Numbered from the stretch's first letter, positions 19,901-29,241 are shown. The stretch: 29,955 nt of DNA from Elainellaceae cyanobacterium (GCA_051117555.1 JBNPEG010000076.1:16117-46071), one strand, 5' to 3'. Translations and numbers: made by a program. Notes: generated by a model from the letters alone, not told the origin.

Positions 19901-20586
19901 AGGGGATTACGTTTCTCTATGAAACGATTTCGAAGCTTCCTGAGGCGGTGCGCGGAGATGAACAAAAGCTTCGTCAGATTCTAATCAATCTGTTAGGGAA
20001 TGCCGTTAAGTTTACGGATCAGGGAGGGGTTGTGTTTAAGGTTGGCTATATTGATTCGGGGCAGATTCGCTTTCAAGTGGAGGACACCGGAATCGGCATT
20101 CCCAATGAGCAACTCGATGAAATTTTCGAACCGTTTCAGCAAGTGGGTGCCCAACGACATCTGATTGAAGGAACTGGACTCGGTTTACCCATTAGCCAGC
20201 GGCTTGTTGAGATGATGGGCAGCACGCTCAATGTCAAAAGTCTTGCCGGGAAAGGCACTACGTTCTGGCTTGATCTGGATCTGCCTGAGGTTGAAAATTG
20301 GCACCGCACTGCTTCTCTAAGCGATCGCTCCATTAATGGCTATCGAGGCGATCGCCCGTCGTCTGCTTTAACCCCATTGCCGACTCCATCCCCCGATGAA
20401 TTAGCAACCCTCACGGCCTTAGCGAAAATTGGGGATATTGGGGGCATCCTCGAACGCATTCAAAGCTTAGAACAGTCCGATAACCGTCTTATTCCGTTTA
20501 CAGAAGAACTCCGTCAACTCGCCAAAAACTTTCAAATCAAGAAAATCCAGGCATTTCTTAAAACATTCATGGTGGATGTTCGATGA
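16915..20586 (+). CDS. Membrane sensor histidine kinase (TM-dCache-TM-HAMP-PAS-GAF-PAS-HisKA-HATPase-helical tail)
   Basis: YDPRQRPWY (dCache), DELGILARSFNQM (HAMP), two PAS domains ending VRDITERK and VEDISDRK, FLANMSHELRTPLN (H-box), NLLGNAVKFT, DTGIGI, GTGLGL. Confidence 0.93.
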   Translation: MLKPALNQIQRWSKRVPIRAVLVVPFILQISAIVGITGWLSWRNGQEAIHNIASELEDEVSQRIEQKLESHLGIPHLANQINANAVQLDLISLDAVTELDTYFWTQLTDQFPELSYVALGTQEGEYAGAQRLDDGEVVLDILEQSPMRSLNMWQVDNQGNRLLLTKTSPNYDPRQRPWYTVAVEAGKPVWTDIYSYFTNQRLAISANQPIYDENGTLLGVASADLTLSQISEFLRDLKIGKTGQTFIIERSGLLIATSTAEKPFRQVDGSDEQERVSAVDSQNMLTGATAAYLVEKFGDFTHISDPQQLDFELDGNQQFLRVMPFRDGRGINWLIVVVVPESDFTAKIDANTRTTVILCLIALMVASVIGIITSDWITRPILRLSEASQAIAAGKLDQTVELDREDELGILARSFNQMASQLRDSFTTLAKRAQELEDRVRDRTSHLVEANHQLQNQIEERKRVAERLRVSEQKYRALHEGIQDAVNLFDNRVFVECNTATLDIFGCSSKDEFCGKTPVDFSPAYQPDGQSSAELSKQYNEAALRDGTRNFEWVHTRLDGSEFWAEVWLTSVEIQGNMMLQAVVRDITERKQAESALRERAKLAALGANIGIALTQGDTLQDMMGRCASALVNHLDVSVALIWTLNEADEVLTLQAIAGHYPKTHSHQTIPLDQQPIGSIAQHHQGCLISDTAQMPLVHDPDWLNQENIVAFIGHPLVVEDRAVGVMAAFAHKTLTEATLQEITSIANEIALGIDHKLSEEALQESEVRFRATFDQAAVGIAHVNRQGQWLRLNQRYCDILGYTQDELLQLTFQDVTHPDDRSLDHYQKLWDGEITDFTGEKRYIRNDGSEVWVALTDALVRSPTGEPKYVVAVVEDISDRKAAEAELQQAKDAAEAASRAKSEFLANMSHELRTPLNGILGYAQILNRASNLNAQQHDNLRIIHHCGDHLLTLINDILDLSKIEARKMELHVSEFAFADFLKSIVEIFRLRAQQKGITFLYETISKLPEAVRGDEQKLRQILINLLGNAVKFTDQGGVVFKVGYIDSGQIRFQVEDTGIGIPNEQLDEIFEPFQQVGAQRHLIEGTGLGLPISQRLVEMMGSTLNVKSLAGKGTTFWLDLDLPEVENWHRTASLSDRSINGYRGDRPSSALTPLPTPSPDELATLTALAKIGDIGGILERIQSLEQSDNRLIPFTEELRQLAKNFQIKKIQAFLKTFMVDVR

Positions 20587-21806
20587 GCGTTGACCATACA
20601 AACGGTACGAATCAAGGCATCATTTTGTTAGTGGATGATAATCCAACTAATCTGGGTGTCCTGTTTGAGTCACTCAGCAACTCTGGATTTAAGCTACTCG
20701 TCGCTGAAGACGGTGAGAGTGCAATTGAGCAAGTCAATTATGTCCAGCCCGACATCATTTTGTTGGATGTGATGATGCCCGGCATGGACGGTTTTGAAAC
20801 CTGCCGTCGACTCAAAGCCAATGACGCAACCCGCGACATCCCGGTGATTTTTATGACCGCCCTCACAGATACCGTCGACACGGTGACAGGGCTTAGTATT
20901 GGAGCCGTCGATTACATCACCAAGCCGATTCAGCCGGATGAAGTGTTGGCACGGGTTAAAACTCATCTCCTGGTTCATACCTTAAAGCGACAGCTTCAAG
21001 CCCAAAACGCACAGCTCCAGCAAGAAATTCAAGAACGTCAGCATGCAGAAAAGTCACTCCATTTGCTCTTACGGGCTGTTTCTCATGACCTGAGAAACCC
21101 GGTCACAGGGATGCTTATGGTGCTTCGCAACCTGATTCAAACCTCCCCGTCTGGCTCGCATGATACTGATAACTCATCTGATGCGCTACCTTCAACTATT
21201 GCGGTGCCGCGCTCGATTTTAGACCGCATGATTGAAAGCAGCGATCGCCAACTTAAATTGATCAACTCTCTGCTCGAAGCGCACGCCGGCGGTGCCCAAC
21301 AGCCCGAACTTCAGAAGCGATCGGTTCACCTGAGCGAGCTGGTTTCAAATATCATTCAAGACATCCAACCCATTGTCGAAAAGAGTCAAGCCTCGATCGA
21401 AAATCTGATATCCTCAAAATTGCCCCCTGTCTGTGTTGATCCAGATCAGCTTTGGCGAGTCTTCGAAAATCTAGTCGTTAACGCTCTCAAACATAATCCT
21501 CCCGGATTAGAGATTGTAATTGATGCGGATGTTCAAGACGGGGAGGTTCGCTGCTGTGTCAATGATAATGGAGTTGGGATTTCACCCGAGCAGTGCGATC
21601 GCCTGTTCGAACCCTATAGCCGGGGCAACAACGCTCACCACACCCATGGACTAGGTCTAGGGCTTTATCTCTGTCGACAGATTGTCTATGCCCATGGGGG
21701 AGACATTGGCATTAAGAGCCAACTCGGTGAAGGATCGACGTTTTGGTTTACCCTTCCACTAACCTCATCAGAATCAGGCCACGCAGAATTATTCACGCAG
21801 AATTAG
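20583..21806 (+). CDS. Hybrid response regulator/histidine kinase (REC-HisKA-HATPase)
   Basis: ILLVDD...LLDVMMPGMDG...DYITKP (REC), SHDLRNP, NLVVNALKH, GLGLGL. ATGA overlap with the upstream kinase. Confidence 0.93.
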   Translation: MSVDHTNGTNQGIILLVDDNPTNLGVLFESLSNSGFKLLVAEDGESAIEQVNYVQPDIILLDVMMPGMDGFETCRRLKANDATRDIPVIFMTALTDTVDTVTGLSIGAVDYITKPIQPDEVLARVKTHLLVHTLKRQLQAQNAQLQQEIQERQHAEKSLHLLLRAVSHDLRNPVTGMLMVLRNLIQTSPSGSHDTDNSSDALPSTIAVPRSILDRMIESSDRQLKLINSLLEAHAGGAQQPELQKRSVHLSELVSNIIQDIQPIVEKSQASIENLISSKLPPVCVDPDQLWRVFENLVVNALKHNPPGLEIVIDADVQDGEVRCCVNDNGVGISPEQCDRLFEPYSRGNNAHHTHGLGLGLYLCRQIVYAHGGDIGIKSQLGEGSTFWFTLPLTSSESGHAELFTQN

Positions 21807-21818
21807 TTCATAACCACA

Positions 21819-22553
21819 ATGAAGAAGCTCATCAAAGGACTACGAGAATTTCAAACCAGCTACTTCAGCAAATACCAGGATTTATTTGAGCAACTAGCTC
21901 ACGGGCAAGAGCCCAGAGTTCTTTTCATCACATGCTCAGATTCCAGAGTTGATCCCAACTTGATTACTCAAGCGCAGGTGGGTGAGCTATTTGTCATTCG
22001 CAATGCAGGTAATATTATCCCCCCCTTCGGTGCTGCAAATGGTGGAGAAGGAGCGGCAGTCGAATATGCCATTCATGCTCTCAATATTGACCAGATTATT
22101 ATTTGCGGCCATTCAAACTGTGGCGGCATGAAGGGGCTATTGAAGCTTGACAGCCTCGAAGAAGAAATGCCGCTCGTCTATGAGTGGCTCAAACACGCCG
22201 AAGCAACTCGTCGCTTGGTAAAAGAAAATTATAGCGATCGCCACGGAGAAGACCTCCTCGATATCACAATCGCTGAAAATGTCCTAACCCAAGTCGAAAA
22301 CTTAAAAACCTATCCCGTCATTCACTCACGGTTGTACCAAGGCAAATTATCGATCCACGGCTGGATTTATCACATCGATACGGGAGAGGTCTTTGCCTAT
22401 GATCCGATTAGCCATGCCTACTTGCCGCCTCAAAGTCAAATTCCCGAATATGAACCGGATGAAAACGAAATGCCACCCGTACATTTCCCTGGCGCAAAAT
22501 GGCTTTCGCCTCAGCAAGCCGAACGAATTTATCGAGGTTCCCCCGTCTCCTAG
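21819..22553 (+). CDS. ccaA: Beta-class carbonic anhydrase, carboxysomal CcaA/IcfA type
   Basis: CSDSRV and CGHSNCGG Zn ligands, RNAGN. The C-terminal WLSPQQAERIYRG resembles the CcmM-binding motif of CcaA. Confidence 0.88.
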   Translation: MKKLIKGLREFQTSYFSKYQDLFEQLAHGQEPRVLFITCSDSRVDPNLITQAQVGELFVIRNAGNIIPPFGAANGGEGAAVEYAIHALNIDQIIICGHSNCGGMKGLLKLDSLEEEMPLVYEWLKHAEATRRLVKENYSDRHGEDLLDITIAENVLTQVENLKTYPVIHSRLYQGKLSIHGWIYHIDTGEVFAYDPISHAYLPPQSQIPEYEPDENEMPPVHFPGAKWLSPQQAERIYRGSPVS

Positions 22554-22589
22554 CAACGCTCGACCTAGCAACGCCTATCGGTCCGAGAA

Positions 22590-22763
22590 TTAATACGGGT
22601 AGTTAAGAGCCACCGTTCGCACTAGCACGTCAAGGTTTTCAAAAATTAGCCTGCGGATCTCGTCGTCATCCGCAGGCAAACTCGCGATAAATGCAGATAG
22701 CTCATCGGATTCTTCTGGACTGAGACTCGAAATTAAGGGTTTTAACTCCAAGGGCATTTCCAT
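22590..22763 (-). CDS. Putative 57-aa acidic small protein
   Basis: MEMPLELKPLISSLSPEESDELSAFIASLPADDDEIRRLIFENLDVLVRTVALNYPY* with GGAG 9 nt before the ATG. Shorter than any ORF in the track. Confidence 0.5.
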   Translation of the reverse strand: MEMPLELKPLISSLSPEESDELSAFIASLPADDDEIRRLIFENLDVLVRTVALNYPY

Positions 22764-22893
22764 ACATCAACGCTCCGGTGATAGATAAGCACTCATACCT
22801 TCACATTGATCCAATAGAGGTAAGGGAGGTTCCGGATCAAACGAAGCAAATTTTTGCAAATCAACCTAGACTTTGTTTATCCTTGCCGCAAGA

Positions 22894-22937
22894 TTCTACG
22901 CACGTTCAACGTTCTTACGCGAGAGCATAAGGACATA
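22894..22937 (+). repeat. Family B repeat, right-end fragment
   Basis: TTCTACGCACGTTCAACGTTCTTACGCGAGAGCATAAGGACATA. Confidence 0.65.
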
Positions 22938-22964
22938 ACACGCTGACAGGACATTTGTTATGCA

Positions 22965-23036
<72 letters not shown>

Positions 23037-23551
23037 GAGGTAACCAAATCTAACACGAGTCACTCATTTCCAACAACATGCCCAATCGGTCTTTTCCCCA
23101 TCTATCAGCGATAAGCTGTCCGATAATTGGCGATAGTCGCCTCAATCTGCTCCAGCATTCGTAAACACATCAGCGGCTAACGCAAGCCAGACGATCATCT
23201 AATTGCATCGATTATCTGGTTCGTAGGAAAAATTAGCTGTTGTAGGTTCTCAGTCATGAACAGTTCAGCATGGACAAAATCTATCGGGAGAGATTGAGAG
23301 TTGAGCAGCAATTTGCTACGGTCTATTACAGTTCGTTATTATTTCTTCACACTCTTGTGCATTTTTCAGGGATAATTGCAATCTAATAGGAAGCCCAGAC
23401 CATTCGTCATCACTCGATGAGTTTGTTTCTGGTTTAGATAATTCTCCCGCAAGAACATCTGGTAAGCTCACCAGCTATTCTATGGAATGCACATCTATAT
23501 TTTCAATTTGAACAAATTCATTTAACACACCGATTACTAGGCGGATAGCTT

Positions 23552-25861
23552 ATGTCAACGACCATCGCTCCAGAACAAATTGATCGGATTATTTGGAACC
23601 AACATGATGACCCATTTGAGGTGTTAGGACCTCATCAAATTCACCAAAACGGTCAAGCGGTCTGGGTCGTGCGAGCCTATCTGCCAAATGCCGACGCAGC
23701 ATGGGTGATTTCACCTGAAGAACGGAAAGAATACTCGATGCAGTCCGTTCATCATCCCAATTTCTTCGAATGTACGCTCCACATGGAAGAGTTGACAAAC
23801 TATCAGCTCCGAATCAAGGAAGGAGAGCACGAGTATGTGACCTATGACCCCTATGCGTTTCGCTCTCCTCTGTTGACCGATTTTGATGTACATCTCTTTG
23901 CAGAAGGAAATAATCATCGAATCTATGAAAAGCTAGGAGCCCACTTAGCCGCAGTTGATGGAATTCAGGGGGTCTATTTCGCAGTGTGGGCCCCCAATGC
24001 CCGTAATGTTTCTGTGCTTGGAGATTTTAACAATTGGGATGGTCGTAAGCACCAGTTGAGAAGGTTCGGAAATGGCATTTGGGATTTATTCGTTCCTGAC
24101 CTGAAGGTTGGAACTCACTATAAGTTTGAAATTAAAAATTACGATGGTCATATTTACGAGAAGTCTGATCCATATGGGTTTCAGCAAGAAATTCGCCCAA
24201 AGACCGCGTCTATCGTCACCGATTTAGATGCCTATGACTGGGGCGATCGCACCTGGCTAGAAGAACGTCGAAATAGCGATCCGATCACTAAGCCGATCTC
24301 GGTGTATGAAGTTCATTTAGGATCATGGCTCCATGCCGCATCTGCTGAGCCCGCCAAGCAAGTCGACGGCAGTCCTGCTCCCGTTATTCATCCATCCGAA
24401 TGGGATATTGGGGCGCGGTTCCTCACCTATCGAGAACTGGCAGATAAACTCATTCCCTATGTAAAAGACCTCGGCTTTAATTACATCGAATTACTGCCCG
24501 TTGCAGAACACCCATTTGACGGGTCATGGGGATATCAAGTGACTGGATACTACGCCTGCACGAGCCGCTACGGAACGCCTCAAGATTTTATGTATTTCGT
24601 GGATCAGTGCCACCAAAACGGCATTGGAGTGATCGTCGACTGGGTACCCGGGCATTTTCCCAAAGATGGTCATGGCCTCGCATTTTTTGACGGCACTCAC
24701 CTCTACGAACATGCCGATCCTCGCAAAGGAGAACATAAAGAATGGGGCACCTTGGTCTTTAACTATGCTCGCAATGAAGTGAGAAATTTCTTAGTTGCCA
24801 ATGCTCTATTTTGGTTTGACAAATACCATATTGACGGTATTCGAGTTGATGCTGTTGCCTCCATGCTCTACTTAGACTATCTCCGCAAAGACGGGGAATG
24901 GGTAGCGAACGAGTACGGTGGGCGAGAACATATCGAGGCGGCTGATTTTCTTCGTCAGATGAACCACGTCCTATTTAGCTATTTCCCCGGCGTATTGAGC
25001 ATTGCAGAAGAATCGACCTCTTGGCCGATGGTGTCATGGCCTACCTATGTGGGCGGGTTGGGCTTCAATCTCAAGTGGAATATGGGCTGGATGCATGACA
25101 TGCTGGATTATTTCCACATGGATCCGTGGTTCCGCCAATTCCACCAAAACAACATCACGTTTAGCATCATGTATGCCTTTAGTGAAAACTTTATGCTAGC
25201 GCTATCCCATGATGAGATCGTGCATGGCAAGAGTCCTATGATCGGCAAAATGCATGGTGATGAGTGGCAAAAATTTGCTAGCTTGCGCGCCCTTTATTCC
25301 TATATGTTTACTCATCCGGGTAAAAAGACTCTGTTTATGAGCATGGAGTTTGGACAGTGGAGCGAGTGGAATGTATGGAGTGACTTAGAGTGGCATTTGC
25401 TCCAGTATGAACCCCATCAGCAACTCAAATTATTTATCAGTCGTCTTAACGATTTATACAAAACTCAGCCTGCTCTTTATACTCAAGACTTTAGCTATGA
25501 CGGCTTTGTATGGATCGACTGCAATGATAATCGTCACAGCGTTGTTTCGTTCATTCGGTATGCAAAGGATGATCCCGAAGACTACGTTGTAACCGTTTGC
25601 AATTTTACGCCTCAGCCTCATGCCCACTACCGCGTTGGTGTACCCGAATTTGGTTTCTATACCGAGCTACTAAACAGCGATGCTCGCGAGTTTGGCGGCA
25701 GCAACTTAGGCAACTTGGGCGGTAAATGGGCAGATGAATGGGCATACCATAATCGCCCGTATTCTCTAGATTTATGTTTGCCTCCGTTAGCTGTTCTCGT
25801 CTTCAAGCTTGATCGCCAGAAAACTAAAGCGGCATTAAATCCAGACAGAACACCCAATTGA
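23552..25861 (+). CDS. glgB: 1,4-alpha-glucan branching enzyme
   Basis: FAVWAPNA, YEVHLGSW, SWGYQ, DWVPGHFP, DGIRVDAVASM, AEEST, LSHDE. Confidence 0.98.
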   Translation: MSTTIAPEQIDRIIWNQHDDPFEVLGPHQIHQNGQAVWVVRAYLPNADAAWVISPEERKEYSMQSVHHPNFFECTLHMEELTNYQLRIKEGEHEYVTYDPYAFRSPLLTDFDVHLFAEGNNHRIYEKLGAHLAAVDGIQGVYFAVWAPNARNVSVLGDFNNWDGRKHQLRRFGNGIWDLFVPDLKVGTHYKFEIKNYDGHIYEKSDPYGFQQEIRPKTASIVTDLDAYDWGDRTWLEERRNSDPITKPISVYEVHLGSWLHAASAEPAKQVDGSPAPVIHPSEWDIGARFLTYRELADKLIPYVKDLGFNYIELLPVAEHPFDGSWGYQVTGYYACTSRYGTPQDFMYFVDQCHQNGIGVIVDWVPGHFPKDGHGLAFFDGTHLYEHADPRKGEHKEWGTLVFNYARNEVRNFLVANALFWFDKYHIDGIRVDAVASMLYLDYLRKDGEWVANEYGGREHIEAADFLRQMNHVLFSYFPGVLSIAEESTSWPMVSWPTYVGGLGFNLKWNMGWMHDMLDYFHMDPWFRQFHQNNITFSIMYAFSENFMLALSHDEIVHGKSPMIGKMHGDEWQKFASLRALYSYMFTHPGKKTLFMSMEFGQWSEWNVWSDLEWHLLQYEPHQQLKLFISRLNDLYKTQPALYTQDFSYDGFVWIDCNDNRHSVVSFIRYAKDDPEDYVVTVCNFTPQPHAHYRVGVPEFGFYTELLNSDAREFGGSNLGNLGGKWADEWAYHNRPYSLDLCLPPLAVLVFKLDRQKTKAALNPDRTPN

Positions 25862-25908
25862 TCAATGCAGTCCGAAAATTTGCATATATAGCGGTATGCG
25901 CTTAATGT

Positions 25909-26850
25909 TTAGAGCTGTCTAAGCCGTCTGACTAGAATCTCAGATAGCCATCGATTACCGTCTGAGTTGAGATGAATGTGATCCCAGTACAACGATTCAG
26001 GATGGGGGTGGGCATTCAGTAGGTCTAAGGCGTCAATATAGGGAATCTGATAGTCATGGGTAAGCTCAGCTAGGCGCTGGCGGGCTTTGAGCTCGTAGTC
26101 CCGTGGACCTGGGTTCCCGATCTCTCGTTTCAGGGGAGTCATTGCCAACAATAATTGCCCGTGAGAGTCGTGAGCAATACCCTGAATGCGCCGAATTGCT
26201 TCCAAGTTAAATCCGACGCGATCGCCCCTCTCGTCTTGTAACGCCTGTAATTCTGGAATTGGCTTTGTCTTAGCCAAATATCGACCATACACCTCTGCTA
26301 GAGCAAAGGGTGGCGTTTGGTTGGGGTAATTGCGATCGCGCCCGACTTGAATCGAATTGGGCGCGATCGCAAACAAATCGTCTGTATTGATTAGCAGTAC
26401 GATAGTGTGAGCTTGAAAACACCCAAATTTTTGCAGATAGGCGAGTTCGTTTCTTGGTCCCCAAGAATTTGCTGAAGCATTTAGAACCTCGACCTCAGCA
26501 AACGACATCTCAGGCAACTCCTGGCGAAGCTGCGTCGCCATCAGAGCAGAAATTGTTTGAGACTGATCGGTCCACCAGCCTCCATTGGCAATCGAATCTC
26601 CAAGCAGCAAGATTCGCAAGGTGGAGTCGGGGCGATCGCGCGAAATCTCTGGACTCCGCATTGAGTGAGAATTAATCGCAATGTAATTTCCAAATCGCCG
26701 CGTGTGTTGATTTGGAGACAGCAGATAACCAACGTCGTCATCTGCGATATATAGCAATGGAGTGCCAAATCCAAAGAATCGCCTTAGTGCAACCTCTAAG
26801 AGAATGACGATTCCGCTAGCGATCGCTACGAGAATGACAAGAAATTTCAT
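25909..26850 (-). CDS. SGNH/GDSL family hydrolase, membrane anchored
   Basis: N-terminal TM ending LEVALR, LLLGDSI, VLNASANSWG, WDHIHLN. Confidence 0.88.
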   Translation of the reverse strand: MKFLVILVAIASGIVILLEVALRRFFGFGTPLLYIADDDVGYLLSPNQHTRRFGNYIAINSHSMRSPEISRDRPDSTLRILLLGDSIANGGWWTDQSQTISALMATQLRQELPEMSFAEVEVLNASANSWGPRNELAYLQKFGCFQAHTIVLLINTDDLFAIAPNSIQVGRDRNYPNQTPPFALAEVYGRYLAKTKPIPELQALQDERGDRVGFNLEAIRRIQGIAHDSHGQLLLAMTPLKREIGNPGPRDYELKARQRLAELTHDYQIPYIDALDLLNAHPHPESLYWDHIHLNSDGNRWLSEILVRRLRQL

Positions 26851-26946
26851 GTTCCTACTGTAATCGGCTCAATCAGAAATCAGTCTAGCCAGAAATCTGT
26901 TGGAACACAGGATTTCTAATCCCTGAGGCATGAAGCTTATATAGCC

Positions 26947-27420
26947 CTAAAACATAGGATTGTGGTCATCATCCCAACATTGCCCCTTTCGCCACGTCTT
27001 GTTCTCCCCTGTACATCCAGATTCAGTCTCAATCCACGGTAGAACAGTTGGATGAGATTCTAACTCTTGCGTGGTAAACAATTGTGGCAATCCTCGGTCA
27101 GCGCTTGCCCAACCTAAGATAGCCAGGATAGCTGTTCCGCCGATCATTCCTACTGACTGCCAAAACAATCTTCGCTGAGCTCGAATCCGCTCCTCGGATC
27201 GACTCTCAGGCCCTGCTAAAAAAACCAAATATAAGCCGGGATGACATGGCAAGGGAATTGATATCCGAAGGTCAACAGAGTGCTTTTTCCATCCGACTTG
27301 AGCAAAGGCTTGACGCATTGCATCAATCTGTTGAGGAGTGAAGGTTGCCCGATCGTCGGGCGAAATATTAGCAAATAAGCGGTCAAAGAGTGAGTGGATG
27401 TTTTGCGTTGGTTTGCTCAT
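26947..27420 (-). CDS. Hypothetical membrane protein with a small two-Cys C-terminal module
   Basis: TFTPQQIDAM...HSVDLRISIP...LYLVFLAGPESRS region, a TM, then HPTVLPWIETESGC...WRKGQCWDDDHNPMF. Start is ATG 27420 or GTG 27459. Confidence 0.78.
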   Translation of the reverse strand: MSKPTQNIHSLFDRLFANISPDDRATFTPQQIDAMRQAFAQVGWKKHSVDLRISIPLPCHPGLYLVFLAGPESRSEERIRAQRRLFWQSVGMIGGTAILAILGWASADRGLPQLFTTQELESHPTVLPWIETESGCTGENKTWRKGQCWDDDHNPMF

Positions 27421-28410
27421 TAGTCTGCCCGAAGGATGATCAGGGATATTATCAGCCACTGTAAAAAGGCAGATACACGCTAGAAATGATGATCTCTCTT
27501 GCTAATTTAACGAATGAGTACAGGCGATCGCCTCAGTAGAGTCGCTGAGATGGATTGCGTCATTTGGCTGAGGATGTTCTTAAAAGGCGTAGCTTTCTGA
27601 TGATGAGTCACGCGTGCTTAGCATTCACCTATCAGCGGGACGGTACCTAGAGGCGATCGCCCTCTTAGATTTCAGCCGTTAACCACTGACGTTCTCAGAA
27701 TTCTCGTGGGTGGACTAGATCCTATATAAATTGGGGATCACGAGATTTGATATAGGACTCCTGACAGCAACCCGATAGGCGATCACCTTCCCGCATCTGA
27801 GACAGAGAATCAACAAATGTAACAATGTACGAGTTTTGTTAATAAATGTTGCAACTTTTTGATTAAGGTTGCTAGCGTATGCGAGTAAGGTTTTCAACCC
27901 GCCAGTTACATCTTGGAGGCAATTGTCTTATGCTCTACGTCAACGTCATGCATGCCTGAGTCAACTGAGAATCGGGAGGTTAATTGACAACGAAAGCTGT
28001 GTTCCTCTGCTAGCGTGTGTTCCAATAGTCACCTTTCATTGCAGATAGTGTCGAATCTGATTGAAAGAGTTACCTTCCATCATCTCAAATGTACGAATAA
28101 CCAAGATTCTGATTGTCGGTTAGTTTCTTCATCAATTGTTGAATTTGCCCCCGAAACGTCCTTTCCAACTCGAAACCTAGCGCCCCCTCGTAGGAAAAGC
28201 TGCAAATTTTGGACGCTGAGATCTCTATCAGCCAAAAGCCTTGAGACGGTTTTGAGCCATCCTGGGGACATCACGCATTTCGAATGTCGAACGCAATAAA
28301 TTTCTCAATCGCAGGACACACCAGTCTTGCTGCACACCTGCGCGAATTATGACAAGCACAGAATCGTTTCAGATTGGTGTAGCAAGACCTCATCTTAGGA
28401 GGTTTTGACG

Positions 28411-29241
28411 ATGAATATTCAAGGAAAGACGGCTCTAATCACTGGAGCTTCTCGCGGAATCGGACGGGCGATCGCCATTGAACTCGCTCGCCACGGCATT
28501 CAGCGGTTGCTGCTTGTTGCTCGCGATCGCCAGCGCTTGGATGAACTTGCGATGATTTTAGAGGCTTTAGGAGTTGACGTTATTCCCCTGGCCTTTGACC
28601 TGACCCGTCCCGTCGAGGTCAACGTGGCGATCGCCCGAGCCTGGCGAGATTATGGTCCGATTCACTTACTTGTGAATTGCGCTGGAGTCGCCTATCAAAC
28701 TCCCTTCTTGAAGTCGAAGCTGCCTCAAGTCCAGGAGGAAATTGCCACCAATGTAATGGGTATGTATACCATCACTCGTCTCATTGCTCGACGCATGGCG
28801 GCGCAGCAAGACGGGCAAATCGTCAATGTTTCAAGCCTCATGGGTAAAGTTGCTGCGCCTACAATGGCAACCTATTCTGCTACCAAATTTGCCATCATCG
28901 GATTTACCCATGCTCTGAGGACTGAACTTGCTCCTTACAATGTCAAAGTGAAAGCACTGTTGCCAACGCTGACCGATACTGACATGACGCGAAATATTCA
29001 GTGGTTTCGCGGTGTGATACCGATTACGCCAGAAAAAGTTGCGATCGCCCTTGTAGCTGGCTTACATCATGATGCACCCGAAATCTTGGTGGGTTGGCAA
29101 AGCCACCTTGCTGTTTGGTGTAACCGGTTGGCCCCCGGATTGATGGAAAAAATTCTACGCCTTACCTATCCTCATGCTGCCTCAATTCAGCCATCGCGAG
29201 ACTCAATCAATCTAAAGCCAGCACGAACTTCAATTCATTGA
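28411..29241 (+). CDS. SDR family NAD(P)-dependent oxidoreductase
   Basis: TGASRGIG, LVNCAG, IVNVSS, YSATK. AGGAGG upstream of the start. Confidence 0.94.
   Translation: MNIQGKTALITGASRGIGRAIAIELARHGIQRLLLVARDRQRLDELAMILEALGVDVIPLAFDLTRPVEVNVAIARAWRDYGPIHLLVNCAGVAYQTPFLKSKLPQVQEEIATNVMGMYTITRLIARRMAAQQDGQIVNVSSLMGKVAAPTMATYSATKFAIIGFTHALRTELAPYNVKVKALLPTLTDTDMTRNIQWFRGVIPITPEKVAIALVAGLHHDAPEILVGWQSHLAVWCNRLAPGLMEKILRLTYPHAASIQPSRDSINLKPARTSIH

Noticed and set aside
27715..28299. ORFs of 60-94 aa in the large intergenic region
   Set aside because: Non-ATG or RBS-less starts, atypical composition and mutual overlap.
28411..29241. hetN
   Set aside because: SDR fold, but the position of the RGSGR motif reads QQDGQ.
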